Assembly: GCA_013203315.1 (NCBI GenBank)
Contig: JABMQJ010000013.1
Span: 1-63,288, forward strand
Source of the DNA: Candidatus Omnitrophota bacterium
Lineage (GTDB): Bacteria; Omnitrophota; Gorgyraeia; JABMRN01; RBG-13-46-9
DNA length: 63,288 bases
Reading direction: 5' to 3'
The translations under genes were made by a program, and so were the position numbers. The notes below the pieces were generated by a model, which saw nothing but the letters and a program-made list of their open reading frames with translations, was not told the origin of the DNA and ran no database searches. Positions 10,404-19,883 of the stretch are shown in pieces (position 1 is the stretch's first letter; the number at the start of each line of letters is the position of its first letter).

Positions 10404-11970
10404 TCTCGCTATCTTTCAAGAGTTTATACTCGACGGAATCTACGAGCGCCTGCCAACTTGCTTCAATGATGTTCTCTGAAACACCAATCGTCCACCAGGA
10501 ATCAGTTTTATCCTGCGATTGGATTAAGACCCTTACCTGGGCGGCCGTACCTACTTTTTCATCTAAAACGCGCACTTTAAAATCAGTGAGATGCATTTCG
10601 TTTAACGACGGATAAAAATCTTTTAGCGCCTTCCTGAGTGCGTTATCCAGGGCGTTAATGGGGCCGTCGCCGAGTGACGCGGTATGTTCGAGTTTATCGT
10701 TTACCTTTAGCTTGATCGTCGCCTCAGATGTAAGCTTACCTTTATTCTTTGCGTTTTTTTCTACAATAACCCGAAAATCCTTGAGCTCGAAAAATCTCTT
10801 AAACTTCTTCGTTGCCCTTTTCATGAAAAGTTCCAAAGACGCTTCAGCCGCCTCGAAGTGATAGCCCTTATGCTCCAGGTCCTGAAGTAGTTTTAAAATC
10901 TTTTTTGTTTCGGGCGCTTCTTTATCAATTCCTAAATTAATTTCTTCGGCCTTTTTCAGAAGGCTGGATTTTCCCGAAAGTTCGGAAATTAAAAGCATCC
11001 TTCTATTACCTATCCTTTCCGGCTCCACATGTTCGTAAGACTTTGGATTCTTAATAATGGCGTTTACGTGCACACCGGCTTTGTGCGCAAAAGCGCTATT
11101 TCCGACAAACGGTTGGTTGTCGTTTAATTTCGTGTTGGACATCTCTGCAACATAGTACGCTGTTTCCGTGAGTTCTTTTAGAGATAAATCGGAAATGCAG
11201 TCAACGCCCAGCTTCAGCTTAAGATTTCCGATAATAGAAACAAGATTAGCGTTCCCGCATCTTTCGCCGTAGCCGTTCATGGTCCCCTGCACCTGAATGC
11301 AGCCTGCCTGTACCGCGGCTACCGTATTGGCAACAGCCATATCAGCGTCATTGTGCGCATGCATGCCTAAAGGTGTTTTCACTTTTTTCTTAACCTCTTC
11401 TACGACTTCAAAAACAGTTGATGTTAATGTCCCGCCGTTTGTGTCGCAAAGAACGATCCTATCCGCGCCACCTGACTCAGCAGCTGCCAAAGCCCCAAGA
11501 GCGTATTCAGGATCTTCTCTGTATCCGTCGAAGAAGTGTTCGGCGTCAAAGATTGTAAATTTACCTTTAGATTTCAGGAATTTCACGGAATCTTCGATCA
11601 TCTTAAGATTTTCTTCGGGAGTTGTTTTTAATACCTCTTCTACGTGGAGATTCCAGCATTTACCGAAGATAGTAATAACGTCCACATTCGACTGTAAAAG
11701 CCCCTTCATGGTGGCATCTTCGGAAACATCGGTATGCGCTCTCCTCGTACTCCCGAAAGCAACGAGCTTTGCGTTTTTAAGTTTCAGTCCCTTTGCTTTT
11801 TTAAAAAACTCGACATCTTTAGGGTTCGCTCCCGGCCATCCGCCTTCAATATAGTGGATACCTAGGGTGTCGAGTTTTTCGGCAATTCTTAGTTTATCCG
11901 ACACTGAAAAGGAGATCCCTTGAGTCTGCGCCCCGTCCCTTAATGTCGTATCGTATAGTTCGATTTTCAT
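10378..11970 (-). CDS. cimA: Citramalate synthase (LeuA/CimA family)
   Basis: YDTTLRDGAQ, FDAEHFFDGY, HAHND, GYGERCGNA, C-terminal regulatory domain typical of bacterial CimA. Confidence 0.9.
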   Translation of the reverse strand: MKIELYDTTLRDGAQTQGISFSVSDKLRIAEKLDTLGIHYIEGGWPGANPKDVEFFKKAKGLKLKNAKLVAFGSTRRAHTDVSEDATMKGLLQSNVDVITIFGKCWNLHVEEVLKTTPEENLKMIEDSVKFLKSKGKFTIFDAEHFFDGYREDPEYALGALAAAESGGADRIVLCDTNGGTLTSTVFEVVEEVKKKVKTPLGMHAHNDADMAVANTVAAVQAGCIQVQGTMNGYGERCGNANLVSIIGNLKLKLGVDCISDLSLKELTETAYYVAEMSNTKLNDNQPFVGNSAFAHKAGVHVNAIIKNPKSYEHVEPERIGNRRMLLISELSGKSSLLKKAEEINLGIDKEAPETKKILKLLQDLEHKGYHFEAAEASLELFMKRATKKFKRFFELKDFRVIVEKNAKNKGKLTSEATIKLKVNDKLEHTASLGDGPINALDNALRKALKDFYPSLNEMHLTDFKVRVLDEKVGTAAQVRVLIQSQDKTDSWWTIGVSENIIEASWQALVDSVEYKLLKDSENAGHSKTI

Positions 11971-11974
11971 TTCA

Positions 11975-13195
11975 TCATCTCCCGAGATTAAATGCTTTGT
12001 GTAACGTTTTTACTGCTTCTTCGCCTTTTTTCTTTCTTACAACGCATGAAATTTTTATCTCACTTGTGGAAATCATTTCTATGTTTATTTTTCCGGCTGC
12101 AAGCGTCTTGAACATCGTCGCAGCAACGCCGGAATGGCTGCGCATGCCTATCCCCACGACTGAAACCTTTGCTATGTCTTTATCAAAAATTACGTCCGCG
12201 GCCCCTATCTCCTTTACTACTCTTTTCATGAGTTTAAGGGTTTTATTAAAATCACCTGCCACGACAGTAAAGGAAACGTCGGTATATCCGGTTCTTGATA
12301 CGTTCTGGATAATCATGTCTATATTGACGTTGGCCTTCGCAAGTTCCGTGAAAATGCGCGCGGCTATGCCGGGCTTATCCGGAACATCGCAGACCGTAAC
12401 CTTGGATTCAGTCTTATTTAAAGTAACTCCGCTAACGAGTACATCTTCCATTTTCTTAACCTCCTTAGTTATGAGCGTGCCTTCTTTATCGCTGAAACTG
12501 CTTCTTATATGTAAAGGAATGTTAAATTTACTCGCAACTTCAACGCTTCTGGCCTGAAGCACCTGCGAGCCCAGTGACGCAAGTTCAAGCATTTCCTCGT
12601 AACTTACCTTATCAAGTTTTTTCGCGTTTTTTACAAGGCGCGGGTCTGCTGTATACACGCCATCTACGTCGGTATAGATTTCACAGACGCCGGCACCCAG
12701 TACCTTCGCAAGCGCCACAGCCGTAAGATCTGAACCACCGCGGCCGAGAGTGGTAATTTCCTGATCCATGTTGACACCCTGGAATCCTGCAACAACAACA
12801 ATTTTACCCTTGGCAAGTTCCTGGCGAATTTTCTTTGCGTTTACGTCAATGATTCTGGCCTTGGTATGCGAGCTATCGGTTATTATGCCTACCTGCGCGC
12901 CGGTAAAGGAAATGGCTTCCTTCCCGAACTTGTGAAGCGCCATGGCAAGAAGCGCTACTGAAATCTGCTCGCCGGTCGAGATAAGCATATCGAGCTCCCT
13001 TTCGGGAGGGGATTTGGTTATCTTGGAGGCCAGTTCCAAAAGCTCGTCAGTAGTATCTCCTAGCGCGGAGACAACGACTACAACGTCGTAGCCCTTGCTC
13101 TTATAGGATGCGACCCTCTTGGCGACATTTATAATTCTTTCTGTATTCGCTACGCTTGACCCGCCGTATTTTTGAACAATTATTTTTTTTGCCAT
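11975..13195 (-). CDS. lysC: Aspartate kinase
   Basis: VQKYGGSSV, TTLGRGGSDLTA, IYTDVDGVYTADPR, two ACT domains. Confidence 0.97.
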   Translation of the reverse strand: MAKKIIVQKYGGSSVANTERIINVAKRVASYKSKGYDVVVVVSALGDTTDELLELASKITKSPPERELDMLISTGEQISVALLAMALHKFGKEAISFTGAQVGIITDSSHTKARIIDVNAKKIRQELAKGKIVVVAGFQGVNMDQEITTLGRGGSDLTAVALAKVLGAGVCEIYTDVDGVYTADPRLVKNAKKLDKVSYEEMLELASLGSQVLQARSVEVASKFNIPLHIRSSFSDKEGTLITKEVKKMEDVLVSGVTLNKTESKVTVCDVPDKPGIAARIFTELAKANVNIDMIIQNVSRTGYTDVSFTVVAGDFNKTLKLMKRVVKEIGAADVIFDKDIAKVSVVGIGMRSHSGVAATMFKTLAAGKINIEMISTSEIKISCVVRKKKGEEAVKTLHKAFNLGR

Positions 13196-13204
13196 ATTGT
13201 TTCC

Positions 13205-14833
13205 TTATAGCTTATTTCGTCCCAACAATTTTTTTCTTGTAATAAATATTTTTCTAACCGTCAAAACAGCTTCGAAAAGAACAAATCCCGCAAGGCCCAG
13301 TAAAACCGACGCAACAACAAGAAGAAGCATATTTTGCGTCTTTGCATATTCTATAATTTTCAAAATAAGCGCCGCTGATGCGGTGGCCAGCATAAATAAC
13401 ATAGGAATTAATGCGTATAAAACCACTTTTCGCCGCGACAAAAACCAGCTCATGACCACAATAAGTGTGAGAGCCGCGATCAGCTGATTCGCGGAGCCGA
13501 AGATCGGCCAAATTTCGTTCCACTCCCCGCTTAGGCCCAGCCATCCGGCCAGTGAAACGACGATTATGGTTGCGGCAAATCGATTCTTTATCTTAAAGAG
13601 TTCCTGCGTAAGATACCTGCCGATTCTAGTGGCGGTATCTAGCGTCGTCAGGATGAATCCGTTTAATATCATCATGGCAAAGATTCCGCCGAAAGATCCG
13701 AGAAATTTTTTCGTAACCTCATTATAGCCGATCCCGAAAGCCCCCACGGGGCCTGCGCCTTTTTGCACGACTTCCTGCAAAACACTTTTATTCTTAAAAG
13801 CGGCCGTGATAACAAGCACCGCCATGACCGCCAGGAGCCCTTCTGCAATCATCGCGCCGTAACCGATTTTCCTGGCGTCTTTTTCGTTCGTAAGCTGTTT
13901 GGAAGTGGTTCCGCTTGCGACCACGGAGTGAAACCCGCTTATTGCGCCGCATGCGACCGTCACAAAAAGAATGGGCCAGAGTTGCATGTTGTCCGTACCT
14001 GACCAGCCCAAAAACGCAGGGAAATCCATCGCGGGCCGCGTGATGATTATGCCCGCATACCCGAAAATTATTCCGAAAAGTAAAAGAAAACTCGCAAGAT
14101 AATCCCTCGGCTGCAGGAGTATATTGACAGGCGCGACGCTCGCCACAAAGGCGTAGGCAAGAAGAAGTACGCTCCAGATCTGCAAAGCGTTGCCGCCTAA
14201 AACAATCGGGTAATATTTTCCTAAAAACATCGAACCCGCCATAAGCAAAAGCCCCAGGATCGTAACCGTCGGCTGATGAAATTTAAAATTGTACATGAGT
14301 ACCCCCACCAGAACCGCGATCGGTATAAGCCCCAGAGACGGTACGACAATTTCCGGTTTTACGATAAATGTTTTAGCGCATATATGCACGAAAACAGATA
14401 TTATTAGAATGAGCGTGAGCCATAAAAATATTAAGAAAACAATTTTTGCGTTTTTCGAAATCGTGTCTTTGGCGATATCGGCAATGCTAGTACCGTTGTG
14501 TTTCGTAGATATAATAAGCGCCGAATAATCGTGCATCCCGCCGATAAAAACAGTGCCGAGCACTATCCACAATACAGTCGGCATCCATCCCCATATGGAA
14601 ACAGCCAGTATCGGGCCTATAATGGGCGCTGCCCCTGCAATCGAGGCGAAGTGATGCCCGAAAAGTACCGACCAGTGCTTGGCTGGCACGTAATCGACAC
14701 CGTCATAGCGTTTGTACGCCGGCGTTTTTCTCTTCGGATCAATTTTAAACAGTTTCTCTATTTTTTTGCTGTAAACAACGTATCCAAAAATAAATACTGC
14801 GGTGCTTACGATTATTACAATTAACGAGGTCAT
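13205..14833 (-). CDS. cstA: Carbon starvation protein A family peptide/pyruvate transporter
   Basis: DGVDYVP, LFGHHFASIAGAAPIIGP, LLQPRDY, ACGAISGFH, TTLDTATR, IWPIFGSANQL. Confidence 0.93.
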   Translation of the reverse strand: MTSLIVIIVSTAVFIFGYVVYSKKIEKLFKIDPKRKTPAYKRYDGVDYVPAKHWSVLFGHHFASIAGAAPIIGPILAVSIWGWMPTVLWIVLGTVFIGGMHDYSALIISTKHNGTSIADIAKDTISKNAKIVFLIFLWLTLILIISVFVHICAKTFIVKPEIVVPSLGLIPIAVLVGVLMYNFKFHQPTVTILGLLLMAGSMFLGKYYPIVLGGNALQIWSVLLLAYAFVASVAPVNILLQPRDYLASFLLLFGIIFGYAGIIITRPAMDFPAFLGWSGTDNMQLWPILFVTVACGAISGFHSVVASGTTSKQLTNEKDARKIGYGAMIAEGLLAVMAVLVITAAFKNKSVLQEVVQKGAGPVGAFGIGYNEVTKKFLGSFGGIFAMMILNGFILTTLDTATRIGRYLTQELFKIKNRFAATIIVVSLAGWLGLSGEWNEIWPIFGSANQLIAALTLIVVMSWFLSRRKVVLYALIPMLFMLATASAALILKIIEYAKTQNMLLLVVASVLLGLAGFVLFEAVLTVRKIFITRKKLLGRNKL

Positions 14834-14837
14834 TTCT

Positions 14838-16052
14838 TTATAAGGCCTGTCCCTTGATTAAAACTTTCATTAACTCCCAACCCTCTCCTAATACAAAGCT
14901 GCTTGACTTTGCCGCAGTTTCGGTAAAGACAGTCGCGCTATCCGGATTGATTCCGGCACCGCAAATAGCAAAAGGTATGGGGTCCGTTGTATGCGTTCTA
15001 CACGATATGGGTGTGGCGTGGTCCGGTAAAACCATTATCCTGAAATCATTCCTATTTTTAAATGCCTCCCATAGCGTTCCTACAACAAATTTATCAAAAT
15101 TTTCAATCGCGGTTATTTTCGCTCTTATGTCGCCGTTGTGGCCGGCCTCGTCCGGCGCTTCCACGTGCACGAAAACAAAATCCTTGTCCTCAAGTGACTT
15201 TACCGCATATTCGCCCTTTCCCTTAAAATTCGTATCGTAATAACCGGTCACGCCGGGTACGTTTATTACGTCAAACCCGATTATTTTACCTATTCCTTTA
15301 ATAAGATCCACTGCTGAAATTATTGCCCCTGTTACACCGTATAACTCCTTGAAAGTGGGCATCTCCGGCTTGAGGCCGGCACCCCAGAGCCACGCCATGT
15401 TGCCGGGGTTTTCCTTAAGATCAATCCGCACCTTGTTTACGTCTTGGTGACGTAGAATATCCTTTGATTTATTCATTAAATCAATTAAAATTTCGCTTCC
15501 TTCGCCCCGCGGTAAATTTTTTGATATCTTTTTATTCAATATATCGTGCGGCGGCATGCACACTAACTTTGCAATTTTTGATGCTTCTTCTTTTGATGCC
15601 ATCTTCAGCACCAGGAGATGCCTATAACTAATGCCTGGGTAAAATTTTATTTTTTCAGTGCTTAATTTTTTGTTCAACGCTTCGATAAGGAGCCTCGCCT
15701 CTTCAGTCTTTATGTGTCCGGCGCTATAGTCGATCATCTTATCTTCTGCTTCGGTGACAACGTTACATCTTAAGGCAACGTCTTCTTCGGCAAGGTTCAC
15801 TCCGATATTTTCAGCCTCCAGCGGCCCCCTTCCCGTGTAATATTTCTTGGGATCGTATCCGAGTATTGACAGGTTCGCGACGTCACTTGCGGGTACCATA
15901 CCCTTGGGTATAGTCGTAGCGGTGCCGAGTTTTCCCCGCTTTACGATTTCATCCATGTAAGGCTTTGATGCAACTTCAAGCGTCGTCCGGCCGTTTAGTT
16001 CCTCAAGCGGCCTCCCGCTCATCCCATCTCCAACTAAAACAATGTACTTCAT
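14838..16052 (-). CDS. apgM: ApgM-type cofactor-independent phosphoglycerate mutase family protein (proposed homoserine kinase subfamily)
   Basis: MKYIVLVGDGM start (re-called at 16052, GGAGG upstream), SDVANLSILGYDP, YTGRGPLEA, HVEAPDEAGH, PDHATP. Confidence 0.88.
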   Translation of the reverse strand: MKYIVLVGDGMSGRPLEELNGRTTLEVASKPYMDEIVKRGKLGTATTIPKGMVPASDVANLSILGYDPKKYYTGRGPLEAENIGVNLAEEDVALRCNVVTEAEDKMIDYSAGHIKTEEARLLIEALNKKLSTEKIKFYPGISYRHLLVLKMASKEEASKIAKLVCMPPHDILNKKISKNLPRGEGSEILIDLMNKSKDILRHQDVNKVRIDLKENPGNMAWLWGAGLKPEMPTFKELYGVTGAIISAVDLIKGIGKIIGFDVINVPGVTGYYDTNFKGKGEYAVKSLEDKDFVFVHVEAPDEAGHNGDIRAKITAIENFDKFVVGTLWEAFKNRNDFRIMVLPDHATPISCRTHTTDPIPFAICGAGINPDSATVFTETAAKSSSFVLGEGWELMKVLIKGQAL

Positions 16053-16057
16053 GCTAT

Positions 16058-16224
16058 TTTCTAACCTCCAACTTTCATTTAATGGAAAAAAGATCTTAGG
16101 AAAAAACCTTAATTCCACATAAGGGAAAAGAGTTTTAGAGAAAAACCGTTTTAGGTTTTATTTCTAACCTTCCTATAATGGGAAAAGGATATTAAGGAAA
16201 AACCGTAGGTTTTTCCTTAAATCC
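16058..16224. repeat. Three degenerate direct repeats (~29 bp core taa(t/g)ggaaaa...tta(g)gaaaaacc), the last forming a long inverted repeat
   Basis: Cores at 16080-16108, 16120-16147 and 16176-16204; tttctaacct at 16058-16067 and 16161-16170; perfect IR ttaaggaaaaacc-gta-ggtttttccttaa at 16192-16220. Confidence 0.7.
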
Positions 16225-16242
16225 AGAATACTTTGTCTTACT

Positions 16243-16392
16243 CCCTTCCAATTAGGAGGGGATACAGGCCGCCGCAGGCGGCCGTCATAAGGGGAACATT
16301 AGGTTCCCCTTTGAAATGATTTGGGCGCAAGACACTTCCGCCAAAGGCGGAAGTGTCGAGGCGAAAAAAGCACATTCCCCACTTTTTTCGCC
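16243..16392. repeat. Tandem array of REP-like palindromic hairpins
   Basis: Perfect stems: ggccgcc/ggcggcc 16267-16283, aaggggaac/gttcccctt 16289-16311, gacacttccgcc/ggcggaagtgtc 16331-16357, ggcgaaaaaag/cttttttcgcc 16360-16392; imperfect stem 16243-16260. Confidence 0.85.
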
Positions 16393-16414
16393 GAGACCAA
16401 ATCAGTAAAAGAAG

Positions 16415-16493
16415 TGGTCGGGCTGCGCGGATTCGAACCGCGGACCTCTTGCACCCCAAGCAAGCGCGCTAATCCAAGCTGCGCCACAGCCCG
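16415..16493 (-). tRNA. tRNA-Pro (anticodon GGG), encoded CCA
   Basis: Minus strand cgggctg acceptor stem, gcgc D-stem, cttgc-TTGGGGT-gcaag anticodon arm, cgcgg-TTCGAAT-ccgcg T arm, ACCA end; 79 nt. Confidence 0.97.
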
Positions 16494-16500
16494 ACGTTAA

Positions 16501-17550
16501 CTAAAACCCTATCTCCCTCACAACTTGATCAAGTTCTGCGGGGAGGGACTTTGGCTTTTTAATGCTCGCGATTGCCCTATCCGGGTCCTTTAAGCCGTGT
16601 CCGGTTAAAACACAAACTATTCTTAGGTTCTCGCCTTTAAAATAACCTTGTTTCGATTTTTTCAAAACGCCAGCGACACTTGCAGCTGACGCCGGTTCTA
16701 CAAAAACACCTTCCTTCGACGCGAGTATCTTATACGCGTTTAAAATTTCTTCATCAGTAACCGCTTCTATCAGGCCGCCTGATTCATCGCGCGCGGCCTC
16801 TGCCATTTTCCAATTTGCCGGATTTCCGATTTTTATAGCGGTCGCTATGGTTTTCGGGTTCTTTACAATTTTTCCCTTTACTATCGGCGATGCTCCCTCT
16901 GCCTGAAAACCGATCATCTTCGGCAGCTTATCAATCTTACCCTTTTCCTTATATTCCTTATAACCCTTCCAGTAAGCGGTTATGTTTCCCGCGTTTCCTA
17001 CAGGAATCGCGTGATAGTCAGGTGCTCCGCCTAACGCGTCACAAATTTCAAAGGCACCGCTTTTCTGTCCCTCAATCCTATATGGATTCAGTGAATTAAC
17101 TAAAGTCATCGGATGCTTTTTAGTAATTGCTTTCACCAGTTCCAGGCACTCGTCAAAATTACCCTTTATGGCTATTACCTGCGCACCGTGTATTAACGCT
17201 TGCGCGAGTTTGCCTAAAGCAATCGAACCTTCCGGTATCAAAACAACGCATTTTATTCCGGCGCGCGCCGCATACGCCGCAGCAGATGCTGAGGTATTTC
17301 CGGTAGAAGCGCATATCACAGCTTCCGAACCTTCCTCAACAGCCTTTGAAACAGCAAGGGTCATGCCCCTGTCCTTAAAAGAACTCGTCGGATTCAGGCC
17401 CTCGTATTTTAAATAAACTTCCGCGCCCCCGCCGACTAAGCCCCCTATATGCCCGGCCCTTATGAGCGGGGTATCACCTTCGTTTAAACTGATAACAGGG
17501 GTCTTCTCCGTCACCGGCAAATACTCTCTGTAACGTTTTATTATGCCCAT
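16501..17550 (-). CDS. thrC: Threonine synthase
   Basis: EGLNPTSSFKDRGM (PLP lysine), CASTGNTSAS, PVGNAGN, EPASAA, LTGHGLKD. Confidence 0.96.
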   Translation of the reverse strand: MGIIKRYREYLPVTEKTPVISLNEGDTPLIRAGHIGGLVGGGAEVYLKYEGLNPTSSFKDRGMTLAVSKAVEEGSEAVICASTGNTSASAAAYAARAGIKCVVLIPEGSIALGKLAQALIHGAQVIAIKGNFDECLELVKAITKKHPMTLVNSLNPYRIEGQKSGAFEICDALGGAPDYHAIPVGNAGNITAYWKGYKEYKEKGKIDKLPKMIGFQAEGASPIVKGKIVKNPKTIATAIKIGNPANWKMAEAARDESGGLIEAVTDEEILNAYKILASKEGVFVEPASAASVAGVLKKSKQGYFKGENLRIVCVLTGHGLKDPDRAIASIKKPKSLPAELDQVVREIGF

Positions 17551-17552
17551 TA

Positions 17553-18848
17553 CTACCTCTCGATTCTTATCTTAACGATTTTTTTGGTTATAAACGGAAG
17601 CCTGTTTATCTTTGCAAGCGCCTTATTCATTCTTCCTTCGTTTGCGTCATGAGTAAGCATTACTATCGGCACGGGCTGGCCCTTTTTCCTTTCCTTCTGC
17701 GCTACGGTTGCAATGCTTATTTTATTTTTAGCAAGTACGTTCGATACTCCTGACAGGACACCCGGCCTATCAATCGCTGCAAATCTTATGTAATATCCCG
17801 TGGTTAAATCATTTATTTTTCGCACTTTTTTTACACCACTGTTAAATCCAAGCCGGAAAGCGGATCTTTCTTTTTTAAAGTCCCCGACGTTTTTTGCGAT
17901 CTCGGTGATATCGCTTACGACAGAACTCGCTGTCGGCAGGCTACCTGCGCCTTTTCCGTATAAAAGCGACTCACCTATCATGTCGCCTTTTATAAATATC
18001 GCGTTATTTTCGTCTTTTACACTTGCCAAAATCCTACTTGAGGAAATTAAAGTCGGGTGAACACGTAAGTCGAGTTCATTGCCAATTTTTTTGGCGATAG
18101 CCAAAAGCTTAACTTCATATCCCCAGTCCCTGGCGTATTGTATGTCCATTGGATCCAGATCCTCAATTCCCTCTACATAAATATCATTTAATTTAATGTT
18201 AAGGCCGAATCCCAATAATGCTAAAATCGCAAGTTTGTGGCTTGAATCCGTTCCGTCTATGTCTAATTTTGGGTTCTTCTCTGCTATGCCTTTGGCCTGG
18301 GCTTCTTTTAACGCCCGTTTAAACGTACAACCTTCCTCTGACATCCTGCTAAGAATAAAATTCGACGTTCCGTTAAGTATACCGTAAATCAATTCTATAT
18401 CGTTTGAAACAAATCCCCTTCTTAACGCATTTATAATCGGAATACCACCGCCTACACTTGCTTCAAAACCTATTCTTGCTCTAAAACGCGACGCAACAGT
18501 AAATATTTCTTTTCCGTGTTTTGCAAGAAGCGCCTTGTTTGCGGTAACAACGTGTTTGCCGAGAGTAAGGGACTTCAGAATAATCTCCTTCGCCGGATGG
18601 AATCCTCCGATAAGTTCTACAACGATATCTATGCTTCTATCCTTTATTACGGAATCGACTTTCCTGGTAAGAAGCCTCTTCGGCACGCGCACGCCCTTTC
18701 TGGGGCGCAGGTCTTTATCCGCGATCTTTACAAGATTGATGGATACACCCGAGCGCTCACGCAAATCCTTCTTCTTGGAAAGCAGCGCTTTTGCCACTCC
18801 TTTTCCGACAGTGCCAAATCCTATAAGTCCGACATTAACTTGTTTCAT
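17553..18848 (-). CDS. hom: Homoserine dehydrogenase with C-terminal ACT domain
   Basis: GLIGFGTVG, VVTANKALLA, FEASVGGGIP, GILNGTSN, GKGAG, DRPGVL ACT. Confidence 0.96.
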   Translation of the reverse strand: MKQVNVGLIGFGTVGKGVAKALLSKKKDLRERSGVSINLVKIADKDLRPRKGVRVPKRLLTRKVDSVIKDRSIDIVVELIGGFHPAKEIILKSLTLGKHVVTANKALLAKHGKEIFTVASRFRARIGFEASVGGGIPIINALRRGFVSNDIELIYGILNGTSNFILSRMSEEGCTFKRALKEAQAKGIAEKNPKLDIDGTDSSHKLAILALLGFGLNIKLNDIYVEGIEDLDPMDIQYARDWGYEVKLLAIAKKIGNELDLRVHPTLISSSRILASVKDENNAIFIKGDMIGESLLYGKGAGSLPTASSVVSDITEIAKNVGDFKKERSAFRLGFNSGVKKVRKINDLTTGYYIRFAAIDRPGVLSGVSNVLAKNKISIATVAQKERKKGQPVPIVMLTHDANEGRMNKALAKINRLPFITKKIVKIRIER

Positions 18849-19846
18849 ATTCCCTCCGGTTTGGGAGTTCGTGTCATTAATTCTTTAACTGCAAGTTTAG
18901 GTTCCTTATCGTTGTATAGTGCTTCGTAAATCTTTTCGGTTATCGGCATCTCCACGCCTTCGCTTTTAGATAAATCATAAGCGGATTTTGTCGTGGTTAC
19001 GCCTTCTATAACCATCTCCGTTCCTTTTAAAATTTCTTTAAGCTTTTTCCCTTTTCCTATTTCTTCGCCGAGCCAGCGGTTCCTGGAGTGCTCGCTCATG
19101 CAGGTTGTCGCAAGGTCCCCTAGTCCGCTTAATCCGAAAAATGTTTCTTTCTGCGCGCCCATTTTTACACCAAGTCGCGACATCTCCACAATTCCACGCG
19201 TTAGAATCGCTGCCTTTGTGTTTATTCCGAAACCCATACCGTCTGACATCCCGGCAGCAATAGCTATAATATTTTTTAAAGCACCCCCGAACTCAACGCC
19301 CACTAGATCACTCGATGTGTACACTCTAAAAGTAGGAGTAGCGAAGATCTCTTGAACTTCTTTTGCGAATGCTTCGTCCTTGCAAGCTGCTACAACCGTA
19401 GCCGGCATGTTTCTCGCTACCTCGAAAGATATGCTTGGGCCGGAAAGAGCGGCTATTTTCTTTTTCCCTAAAACTTCTGATATAACAGAACTTGGCCTCT
19501 TAAGCGTCTCTATTTCAATACCTTTTGTTAAAGAAACTATTTTGTCACTTTTTATTTTTCCTTTGAATTTGCCTAAAGTTTCACGTAAATATTTAGATGG
19601 TGTAGCAATTACAAAAATCGCCTCTTCCGGTATTTTTTCAATATCAGCTATACTTGAAATTAGACTGATTTCTTTCGGTATTTTTACACCCGGAAGAAAT
19701 TTACTGTTAACGCGCTCTTTTTTTAAAAGAGCGATATACTCAGGGAACGCCCCCCAAATTGTAACGTCATAACCCTTGTTACACAAAAGGATAGCGACAG
19801 TTGTCCCCCATCCGCCGTCACCAATAACCGCGATTTTCTTCTTCAT
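18845..19846 (-). CDS. gpsA: NAD(P)H-dependent glycerol-3-phosphate dehydrogenase
   Basis: IAVIGDGGWGT, LTKGIE, LSGPS, GGALKNIIAIAAG, GLSGLGDLATTCMSEHSRNR; start re-called at MKKK (19846). Confidence 0.96.
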   Translation of the reverse strand: MKKKIAVIGDGGWGTTVAILLCNKGYDVTIWGAFPEYIALLKKERVNSKFLPGVKIPKEISLISSIADIEKIPEEAIFVIATPSKYLRETLGKFKGKIKSDKIVSLTKGIEIETLKRPSSVISEVLGKKKIAALSGPSISFEVARNMPATVVAACKDEAFAKEVQEIFATPTFRVYTSSDLVGVEFGGALKNIIAIAAGMSDGMGFGINTKAAILTRGIVEMSRLGVKMGAQKETFFGLSGLGDLATTCMSEHSRNRWLGEEIGKGKKLKEILKGTEMVIEGVTTTKSAYDLSKSEGVEMPITEKIYEALYNDKEPKLAVKELMTRTPKPEGI

Positions 19847-19849
19847 ATA

Positions 19850-19883
19850 TAGACAAAATAATATCATATATATATGCTATAGT
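19850..19883 (+). promoter_or_regulatory. Candidate antisense promoter(s) firing toward the G4 motif and the 3' end of the giant gene
   Basis: TAGACA(19850-55)-17 nt-TATGCT(19873-78); also TGcTATAGT at 19875-83. The region is AT-rich, so chance matches are possible. Confidence 0.3.

Noticed and set aside
16053-16118. N-terminal extension of ApgM given by the ORF track (likewise trpC 50603-50713 and gpsA 19847-19867)
   Set aside because: Family N-termini, RBS or overlap geometry favour the downstream ATGs
16080-16204. CRISPR array
   Set aside because: Repeats are degenerate, spacers are 11-28 nt and unequal, and there are no cas genes
16238-16487. ORFs 16238-16459 and 16299-16487
   Set aside because: They are translations of the tRNA-Pro and hairpin array; not credible proteins
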